This document shows, piece by piece, positions 15,054 to 22,221 of a stretch of DNA of 30,662 nt (its first letter is position 1; every line of letters begins with the position of its first letter). The stretch comes from a virus. Its lineage: Duplodnaviria > Caudoviricetes. The stretch lies in the IMG/VR virus record IMGVR_UViG_3300042360_000190, positions 1 through 30,662 of that record; one strand, given 5' to 3'. Position numbers and translations under genes: made by a program. The notes under the pieces were generated by a model. The model was not told the DNA's origin. It ran no database searches and saw nothing but the letters and a program-made list of their open reading frames with translations.

Positions 15054-15556
15054 TTTCCTGCACTCCGCCAATCTGGAAAGTCGTTTTCGTCAACCACGCC
15101 ATCGCCGTTGGCATCATAACGCAAGTCATTGCGATGCTTTTCCCAAGGCTCCATTTCATCATCGTCATCATCATCTGGCTCATCAATGAACACAGTTGCT
15201 GAAGGGTCATCATAACGCGGTGCAGGTGCAACCATGTCAGGTGTGAGCGGTAACGGGTCTGGTTGCGGCGTTACGGGGGCCAGAGGCTCTGGTTCTGGGT
15301 CGTTGCGGTCTTCTGGGGGTGGTGGAACCAACTCGCCTTTCATGCCCATCAGCGTGGCGTATGAGCCAGCCACAGCACCGACAACCGAAGTCATGACGTA
15401 TGACAGCAAGCCGAATACGTCTTTGTTGTCGATAACTTCATTTGATACGAACAGGCCGACAATCATCGCGCAAGTGATAGCGACAATGACAAACGCCATT
15501 GTTTTTGCAGCCATCAGCAACGCCTTAATCCGTGCCTCTAATAATTTATCTTCCAT
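15050..15556 (-). CDS. Two-TM membrane protein with Pro-rich linker and EF-hand-like loop (holin candidate)
   Basis: Two hydrophobic segments, PPPPEDRNDPEPEP linker, poly-Asp run, DANGDGVVDENDF. ATGA overlap with the endolysin. Confidence 0.7.
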   Translation of the reverse strand: MEDKLLEARIKALLMAAKTMAFVIVAITCAMIVGLFVSNEVIDNKDVFGLLSYVMTSVVGAVAGSYATLMGMKGELVPPPPEDRNDPEPEPLAPVTPQPDPLPLTPDMVAPAPRYDDPSATVFIDEPDDDDDDEMEPWEKHRNDLRYDANGDGVVDENDFPDWRSAGK

Positions 15557-15558
15557 CC

Positions 15559-16089
15559 TTATTCCTTTCCTGCCAGCGGATTTGCCAGCGTCTTTTGGAT
15601 ACGTTCCTTCGTTTCAGCTTCCAGTTCCTTAATACGGCGCTGTTGCTCTTGGTCTTGCTGACGCAACTGGTCAATGACGGCACGTTGCATTTGCATATTC
15701 TGTGCATCGCTACTGCGAACGCTACTGCTTACAGCGTCAACCGTCTGGCGTGTTGCACCAACGCTGCTTGATATGCTGCCAGTTAAATAGTTCAACGCCT
15801 CGCTGTTGCCCTTGGTCAAACGCTCAACGCTTGTGACGCGCTCATCCATAACCGAAATGCGGCTTTCAATGCCAGACAGGTCAGGCGGCACATATGCGGC
15901 GGTGACTTCCTGCATCGTCAGGAATTGCTGATACACTTGAAAGCCAGCCCACAGGCCACCAAGGATTGTTGAGAATGCAGCAAAGATGATGGCAATTTTG
16001 CCGCTGCTTAGGCCACCAATGTTGAAGCTAAAGCCGCTTTCGTCAAAGGATACTTTGGGTTCTTCTTTTTCGTCATTTGTATTGGGCAT
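15559..16089 (-). CDS. Single-TM anchored coiled-coil protein
   Basis: GKIAIIFAAFSTILGGLWAGF TM, YVPPDLS, long heptad region ending IQKTLANPL. The start may be 16095. Confidence 0.75.
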   Translation of the reverse strand: MPNTNDEKEEPKVSFDESGFSFNIGGLSSGKIAIIFAAFSTILGGLWAGFQVYQQFLTMQEVTAAYVPPDLSGIESRISVMDERVTSVERLTKGNSEALNYLTGSISSSVGATRQTVDAVSSSVRSSDAQNMQMQRAVIDQLRQQDQEQQRRIKELEAETKERIQKTLANPLAGKE

Positions 16090-17791
16090 CAACAATCTCC
16101 CGCCATTTAGTGTCGTTAGTTTGGTTCATCCGATACATTTCAAAGTCAGCGTCACGCAGCCTTCTGTTGCGGTATATATCACGCACAGCGTAAAAGTCAG
16201 CCCTGTCAGACAACGCCACTTGTCGATAGGCACTGAAGGCAGGAACAGAACCCATTTCAGCGATGGTTTCCGATTGCCCTTCAGCCATTTCGCTTTCTGA
16301 CTTTTCAGATGACGCACTTATGGCAACGGGTGCTGCGCCGCTTTGCCCACCGACGCTGTTCAAAATTTCAAATGTGGTGGACATCGAAACAGGGCCACCA
16401 GCCGAAATAGCTGCATCAAGCGGTGAAGAACCAACACCAGCACCGCTTACGTTTGCAGACGTAGCCGACGTGCTTGAACCAAAATCAACGCGCATTTGAA
16501 AACTGCCGAAACTTTGCGACGATTGCGACCCGCTTTCAAACGCCGATGCTTGGCTTACTTCTGTTGCTTCTTCAAAGAATGCGGATTGCATACCCTGTCC
16601 GCTTTCTTCCAGCGCTGTAGCAAGCTGATTGGACGCGTCCTGTTCCAGTGTGCCAGATGATGCGTCTTGGCCTTGTGTGGCGTCCGCAGGGGCATCCAGT
16701 TCCAATAATGCCAATACTTCCTGCGCTTCCGTTTGTTCAGCATTCGCATCAGGTTCAGAACCTTGCGCGGCCAATGCAGCCAGTTCGTCTGGCGATAGCC
16801 GTTCTTTGTCAGGCCCAAGGTCTTCTAAATCCTGTTCCGCTATCAGTTCTTCAATAGCGTCATCTTTAATAGCTTCTTCTTCGACCGCAACTTCATCCGC
16901 TTCAACGGCGGCATCAGCTTCAAGCGATGCTTCGGCGGTTTCCAATGCTTCCTGCGCTTGCTCAATCACCTGTTCAATATCGCCTGCATCTTCCATTTGC
17001 ACTTCTTGCTGCGTTTCTTCCATTGCAGCTTGCTCGACCGAAGCCACAGCAGCTTCTAATGCGGTTTCCGACGGGTCAGGTGCGCCAATATCAATGGCAA
17101 TGGATGCGGGTGGACAGGATGGGTGCAGCGGGGCTGCGTTGCAATCTATGGCCACTTCTTCGGGGATTGGCGAACTATAGGTCAAAAGGCCCGATTGGTT
17201 TTGCAGGAATTGCGGATTGCGCCCGTAAAAAAGCGGCACGTTGTCACCAGCTTCGGGGCCAGTGATGCCAGCCGTAAAGTCGCGCCAGCCAGATGCGGAC
17301 ATCGCCCCATAATTGATTTGGATATTGCCGTTGCTAAACAGGCCAATTTCAAACGTGTTTAGATTGTTTGTGCCGTATTCCTGCACGTTATACCAACCGA
17401 ACAACGCTTCCCCATCGTTTAGGCGATAGAAGGGGTTGCCAGTGAAGCTGATAAGGTCTGACCAATATGCGTAAATCGTGTTGCGTTGCGCCTGTTCAAT
17501 CGGCTGACCATTGCAGCATAGGTTCGCCGCGCTTTCAAACGATACAAAGCCGTTGCTCGACACCCAAACGTCGGTGAAGGTCTGGCCCCAATATTCAAAT
17601 TCAAATCCAAGAGCAATTTGCCGCGTGTTGTCATCGCCAAGGTTTAATGGCGTCATGGTTGTGGGAGCGCCGATTATTTGCGGCGTCAGCAGCGTTGGGT
17701 CGTATGTTTGGGCAGACGCAGATGCGCTGACCAGCAATGCAGCCAGTAAAGATATTATGCGCTTATTCAGCGTCAGGGCGGCGGTCAGCAT
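16073..17791 (-). CDS. Exported protein with nidogen/NIDO-like domain and long acidic region
   Basis: Signal peptide (RIISLLAALLVSASASA-Q). LGDD....I.LGFEFEYWGQTFTDVWVSSNGFVSF...IYAYWSDL...NTFEI.L..NG.I...Y resembles NIDO-like domains. E/A/D-rich linker follows. Confidence 0.75.
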   Translation of the reverse strand: MLTAALTLNKRIISLLAALLVSASASAQTYDPTLLTPQIIGAPTTMTPLNLGDDNTRQIALGFEFEYWGQTFTDVWVSSNGFVSFESAANLCCNGQPIEQAQRNTIYAYWSDLISFTGNPFYRLNDGEALFGWYNVQEYGTNNLNTFEIGLFSNGNIQINYGAMSASGWRDFTAGITGPEAGDNVPLFYGRNPQFLQNQSGLLTYSSPIPEEVAIDCNAAPLHPSCPPASIAIDIGAPDPSETALEAAVASVEQAAMEETQQEVQMEDAGDIEQVIEQAQEALETAEASLEADAAVEADEVAVEEEAIKDDAIEELIAEQDLEDLGPDKERLSPDELAALAAQGSEPDANAEQTEAQEVLALLELDAPADATQGQDASSGTLEQDASNQLATALEESGQGMQSAFFEEATEVSQASAFESGSQSSQSFGSFQMRVDFGSSTSATSANVSGAGVGSSPLDAAISAGGPVSMSTTFEILNSVGGQSGAAPVAISASSEKSESEMAEGQSETIAEMGSVPAFSAYRQVALSDRADFYAVRDIYRNRRLRDADFEMYRMNQTNDTKWREIVDAQYK

Positions 17792-18803
17792 TTTCTACCC
17801 ATGCCGCTGTTGCAGCCGCGCCAATTTCACCCATGAACGGGCAAGGTGTGCCGGCCATTTCCATCGCCTTGAAGACGCGGATGTCTTGGCAAAGGAGGCT
17901 AACAGCAGCCACGCGCATTCCCATATCGTAAAGCGTCTTGGATAGCTTCATGCGTTCGCAATTTTGGTCGCGCACAGTGCGGCCAGCCGACAAGCCAATG
18001 ATTTGCGTCTGCACAGCGCCCGATTGCCCCGTGGTGCAAAGGTCTTGGCTATAAGACATCATCGACGGCGCGATGGCGCTGGGTGGCGGCGACTTAATGT
18101 TTTGGTCGATAACCTGACGGTTGACGCTCTCGCTGTAGCTTTTGCTGTCGGACACGTTGACGTTGTTATTCTGGTTGACGTTACGGTTGTCGCTGTTTGT
18201 CGTTTGGTTAATCGTGCTGGTATCGTTGTTGGTATTGTTCGTGTTCACGGTGCTATTGTTATTGCTGTTGACCGTCTGATTAACTGTGCTGTTGCTAACG
18301 TCCGTGTTGAAATTGCGATTGGTCGCGTCGGAGGTGTTGGCGTTTGTGTTCTGATTGATGTTTGTCATCGTGCCAGAATTGACATTGGTATTCTGGTTTA
18401 TGTTGGTCATCGTGCCAGAATTTTGGTTGATGTTGGTGTTTGTTGACGAACTTACATTGTTGTTGTTGTTCGTGTTCAGCGAAGTGCTTGTGCTGGCGTT
18501 CACGTTGTTGTTCGTGTTGACCGATGTGCTGGTGCTTGCGCTGGTATTAAAGTTATTGTTGGTGTTGGTGCTGACCGATGTGCTGTCCGACGTATTGGTG
18601 TTGTTATTCGTATTTGTCGATGTGCTGGTCGAAGCATTGTTGTTATTATTCGTGTTGGTGCTGGTGGACGTATTGTTGTTGTCAGATGTGCTGGTCGTGG
18701 TCGTGTTATAAATGTATTCCGTCGGCGCTACGGAAACAGCCTGCGCCAGCACCATCGACGATGATGCAGCGAATGCAATAAAAGCCAGCACAAATTTTTT
18801 CAT
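17763..18803 (-). CDS. Exported Asn/Thr/Ser-repeat protein with 4-Cys C-terminal domain
   Basis: Signal peptide MKKFVLAFIAFAASSSMVLA, ~200 aa of N/T/S repeats, then SAIAPS..DLC..SGAVQTQIIGLSAG..NCER..LCQD..AGTPCP. Confidence 0.8.
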   Translation of the reverse strand: MKKFVLAFIAFAASSSMVLAQAVSVAPTEYIYNTTTTSTSDNNNTSTSTNTNNNNNASTSTSTNTNNNTNTSDSTSVSTNTNNNFNTSASTSTSVNTNNNVNASTSTSLNTNNNNNVSSSTNTNINQNSGTMTNINQNTNVNSGTMTNINQNTNANTSDATNRNFNTDVSNSTVNQTVNSNNNSTVNTNNTNNDTSTINQTTNSDNRNVNQNNNVNVSDSKSYSESVNRQVIDQNIKSPPPSAIAPSMMSYSQDLCTTGQSGAVQTQIIGLSAGRTVRDQNCERMKLSKTLYDMGMRVAAVSLLCQDIRVFKAMEMAGTPCPFMGEIGAAATAAWVENADRRPDAE

Positions 18804-19030
18804 GGTCGGTCAGCCTTGTTATCCAGTTTGTCTTCAATGCGACGAAGGTGCATCATTACTTCGTCAAACTTCTTGTCGATGGCCTGAAATTTCTCATCGC
18901 CAAAACCAAGTCGCGCTTCAAGGAGCGTCAGCTTATTGGTCAGGTTTACCCATACAGTTATGAGCGCACCAACAAAGGTCAGGGCGGTCATAACAAAGCC
19001 AAGGATGGTGAAAAGGGTAGTGGTGTCCAT
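18800..19030 (-). CDS. N-terminal TM plus coiled-coil small protein (holin/antiholin-like)
   Basis: LFTILGFVMTALTFVGALITVWV, then a heptad region ending RIEDKLDNKAD. First gene after the tail fibre genes. Confidence 0.65.
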   Translation of the reverse strand: MDTTTLFTILGFVMTALTFVGALITVWVNLTNKLTLLEARLGFGDEKFQAIDKKFDEVMMHLRRIEDKLDNKADRP

Positions 19031-19476
19031 TATGCGTTACCATTAACCTGAAGTTCAACAGTCCAATAACGGGTAACGCCACCAGCCGTTGCCGAAACTG
19101 ACCAAGATGCCGTTCTTGGGTTGGTGGTTGTGGATAAATAGAATGTTATTATAGCATTAGAACTGCCGCTTGGAATGCTGACGCTACCCCCAAGTCCGCT
19201 ATATGTCCAAACAGCTTGCTGTGAGCACTGGATTGTGACTTGAGCGTCAAATTCACCTTCAGCAAAAAGATAAACTGCTTCACCAGCAGATGCGCCGCCA
19301 GCAGGGTCAAAACTCACTGCGCTTTTGCCGCGCAAATCGTTCATTGAAATTGTCCCAGACGGAACGCCAGCCAAAGTGCGGACGGCACTTTCATTCAGCG
19401 AAATAGTCGCAGTCGCTGAACGGCCAAGTTCTGTGTTGACCTGTGACATGGATATAGTTCCGGTGGGCAATGTCAT
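19030..19476 (-). CDS. Tail-fibre tip / putative receptor-binding adhesin
   Basis: MTLPTGTISMSQVNTELG...ISLN...VR.LAG.PSG.ISMNDLRGKS N-terminal module, as typically found after fibre genes, plus a beta-rich C-terminus. Confidence 0.65.
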   Translation of the reverse strand: MTLPTGTISMSQVNTELGRSATATISLNESAVRTLAGVPSGTISMNDLRGKSAVSFDPAGGASAGEAVYLFAEGEFDAQVTIQCSQQAVWTYSGLGGSVSIPSGSSNAIITFYLSTTTNPRTASWSVSATAGGVTRYWTVELQVNGNA

Positions 19477-19478
19477 GT

Positions 19479-20720
19479 TTATGCAGTCCCGTATGCAGTG
19501 ACGTTATTGACGGCGGTAAACGCACCCGCGCCGCTTAACTTGGCAATGGTTGTGCCATTGTATTTGAACAACAGGTCAGTGCCGCTTTGCTCAACAGTGA
19601 AGTTTGTAGCCACAAGCTTTGTTGCGTTCGTTGCGTTGGTGGCATTAACAGCATTAGTGGCATTTGTAGCATTTGTGGCATTCGTCGCATTGGTAGCCGT
19701 AGTTGCCGTAGTTGCCGTAGTTGCTGTGGTTGCGCTTGTGGCTGTCGTGGCGGTGGTCGCACTGGTTGCTGTCGCAGCGTTGCCAGTGATGTTAATGCCC
19801 CAAGTGCCAGATGCACCCGTGCCATCCGCTTTAGGAGCGCCCACAGTGCTGTAATCAACAGTCCTTGCAGCCGAACCATTAAAAGTAGCGCCAGAAGAAG
19901 CGCCGCCCGTGTTGGCAAACGTCACGGCATTGGTGACAGAACCAGCAGTTGTTGCAGAGCCAGCCGTTGTAGCGGATGTTGCAGTTGTTGCGCTGACGGC
20001 AGTCGTTGCGTTCGTTGCATTGGTGGCGTTTGTCGCATTGGTCGCCGTTGCGGCATTGCCAGATATGCTGATAGCCCAAGTGCCAGTTGCGTTTGCGCCG
20101 CTTACTGAAGGTGCGCCAATGGTGTTATAGCTAATTATTCGCGCAGCGGAGCCGTTAAACGAACCACCAGCCGCGACGCCATCGCCGCCGCTACTGAAAG
20201 TTACAGCCGCAGCGGTAGCCGTAGCCGTGGACGCAGTTGTTGCAGTTGTTGCGCTTGTCGCCGTTGCTGCGTTACCAGTTACGTTAATGCTCCAAGTGCC
20301 ATTTGCGCCAGTGCCAGTTAGCGATGGAACACCAAGGTTGGTTCGTGCTTGGGCAGGGTCAGATGCTCCCGTGCCGCCATTTGCAACCGTAAGGTCAGTG
20401 CCGCTCCATTGGTCGTTATTGATGGTGCTTAAAACAGCCAGTAAGCCAAGACCAAGGGCAGTCCGTGCGCCAGATGCATTGTTCGCACCAGTGCCGCCAT
20501 TAACAACCGCAACAACGCCGCTGACGTTATTTGCAACGACATTCCAGTTCCCGCTGGCGTTTGTGCCGTCAGCGCGTGACAATGCGCGTCCGCCAACAGT
20601 CGCGCCGTCATGAACGTGGATTGTATCGGTGGTGGTGTTGACCGTTATTTCGCCTTCGACGCCAGTAAAACTTGCGTGTTGGGTTGTCGTGCCGCGACGA
20701 ATTTTTACTTGCTTACTCAT
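19479..20720 (-). CDS. Tail fibre protein
   Basis: Mtd-N-like start (KIRRGTT......G.EGEI..NT......HDG...GG), GGTGA repeats, three GTW.I.I.GNAATA modules with (T/N)AT runs, C-terminal NNVTAYG. Confidence 0.85.
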   Translation of the reverse strand: MSKQVKIRRGTTTQHASFTGVEGEITVNTTTDTIHVHDGATVGGRALSRADGTNASGNWNVVANNVSGVVAVVNGGTGANNASGARTALGLGLLAVLSTINNDQWSGTDLTVANGGTGASDPAQARTNLGVPSLTGTGANGTWSINVTGNAATATSATTATTASTATATAAAVTFSSGGDGVAAGGSFNGSAARIISYNTIGAPSVSGANATGTWAISISGNAATATNATNATNATNATTAVSATTATSATTAGSATTAGSVTNAVTFANTGGASSGATFNGSAARTVDYSTVGAPKADGTGASGTWGINITGNAATATSATTATTATSATTATTATTATTATNATNATNATNATNAVNATNATNATKLVATNFTVEQSGTDLLFKYNGTTIAKLSGAGAFTAVNNVTAYGTA

Positions 20721-21322
20721 GCGATAAAACCCCAGTCATCAGTTTCGGTGTATACTATATCAATTTCCGACCAATCTTCATAGCCGCTTGAAAATACGGC
20801 AACATAATCAGCCAAGCTTTGAAGCGATAATGAAAATGCCCGTGCGCTTCCGTAAAAGGCCAACGCCTTGCTTTCAAAAGCTTCCTGTCCATCGTTACGC
20901 AATGGGCTGGCGTTCACTGTCGTAATGGTTGGTCGTGTCGGGTCAACGATGCTTGGGTTGGCAATATCTGTTTCGCCATCAATCCAAGCTGCAACGGTGT
21001 TTGCGTCCGATATAAACGGATTAAAAGTCGCCAGCATATCATCAATGGCATCTGCCAAGCCCTGACCAAATAGCGGCGGGTTGGTTGGTGTTGCACTGAT
21101 AAAGTTGGTAACAGATACAGGCGATGAACCGCTAACAGGGTCAAGGTTGCCCCAATCGTTTGGGTTAAACTTGCCAACGTTCAATGTGGACGCAACGCTA
21201 TTGCACTGCGTTGCAAAGCCAGTTTGCGCGTCAAGAAACGCAAGACTTTCGGTAATGAAATTGCTGGGGTCGCCCAATCGTGAAGGCGATGCTGGCATTG
21301 CTGAAATTGTTGTAACGGCCAT
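20717..21322 (-). CDS. Minor tail protein (fibre attachment/adaptor)
   Basis: [18 protein letters not shown]...AFL N-terminal motif with degenerate internal repeats; DWG motifs; lies between a tail gene and the fibre gene. Confidence 0.6.
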   Translation of the reverse strand: MAVTTISAMPASPSRLGDPSNFITESLAFLDAQTGFATQCNSVASTLNVGKFNPNDWGNLDPVSGSSPVSVTNFISATPTNPPLFGQGLADAIDDMLATFNPFISDANTVAAWIDGETDIANPSIVDPTRPTITTVNASPLRNDGQEAFESKALAFYGSARAFSLSLQSLADYVAVFSSGYEDWSEIDIVYTETDDWGFIA

Positions 21323-22221
21323 TAAATCAACCCTTCAACAGACAAAGAGCATTCCGATATTGTCGGGCCTGATAGCACAATTGAGAAATCGCGGTAATAC
21401 CCCAAAACAATCGTTTCGCTTCGGTCTTCGTCACCGATGTAAACAACGGGTGTTGTGCGGACAGATGCCAAAAAGCGCGTGAAAGCACTGACATCGCTGG
21501 TTTCGACCGTAACATCATAATCCGCACGTTTGCTGTAGGCGCGTTGGACGATGCTGACATTGCCAAAGTCATCAATCGTTTTTACCGAATAATCCTTGAT
21601 GCCAACGGAGGTTCCAAAGTTGGTAACAGCAAGCGCGGTTTTCTGACCGATAATAAGTTCACCGCATGAAGCCGTGCCAGCGCCAGCGTCGATGATAAGC
21701 TGGAAGGATGCGCCCGAATAATTTGGAATATCCAAAAACGCCACTTCAGATGCGCCAGTTTCGGTTATTGGCGCAAAGAAGTAATTAAAGTAGCCATCAA
21801 TGGCGCTGTAATCGGCAAGGCTTATGGTTTGGTCATAAACAGTCGTGCCGCCAGATGATTTGACAACAAGCCGTGCGCTTGAACCATCGACGTTGAATAG
21901 CACAACAGAATTGCAAACCGTGGCAGGGGTGATTTTGACATCAATCGTGCCGCTGTTTGTCGTGCCAGAGCCGACAGATATATCAAACATCTTAAAGCGA
22001 TTTGTTGCGCTGACAAAAACCCATGTAGGCGATATTGCAGCCGCACCAACATCAGGGCGGTCAGTCGTCGATGCAGCAACCACTTCATAGATTTTGTGGT
22101 CATATATAGTTCTGTTCCCAATCGTATATGTGCCAGCCGTCCATGCGGGATAATCAGTTTCCGCAACATTGGTGGTCGTCAGGTTGGATGCCGTAACATC
22201 GACGGGCTTAATAATAATCAC
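21322..22221 (-). CDS. Minor tail (tail-tip) protein with CBM5/12-like motif
   Basis: GTG start at 22221 after GGAGG; YPAWTAGTYTIGNRTIYDHKIYE; GIKDYSVK..DDFG.....R.YSKR; directly after the tape measure gene. Confidence 0.75.
   Translation of the reverse strand: MIIIKPVDVTASNLTTTNVAETDYPAWTAGTYTIGNRTIYDHKIYEVVAASTTDRPDVGAAAISPTWVFVSATNRFKMFDISVGSGTTNSGTIDVKITPATVCNSVVLFNVDGSSARLVVKSSGGTTVYDQTISLADYSAIDGYFNYFFAPITETGASEVAFLDIPNYSGASFQLIIDAGAGTASCGELIIGQKTALAVTNFGTSVGIKDYSVKTIDDFGNVSIVQRAYSKRADYDVTVETSDVSAFTRFLASVRTTPVVYIGDEDRSETIVLGYYRDFSIVLSGPTISECSLSVEGLI

Noticed and set aside
18355-18711. Plus-strand 118-aa poly-Leu/Val ORF that looks like a membrane protein
   Set aside because: It is the antisense shadow of the AAC/ACC-rich repeat gene and opposes the late operon.
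19620-19780. CRISPR array or antifreeze-glycoprotein-like gene
   Set aside because: The repeats are 9-nt in-frame coding units without spacers, inside a tail fibre gene.
19479-20720. Diversity-generating retroelement, suggested by the Mtd-like N-terminus and nearby AAC-rich tracts
   Set aside because: No reverse transcriptase, and no TR/VR pair differing at adenines, is visible. The Mtd-N-like segment is a common fibre attachment module.
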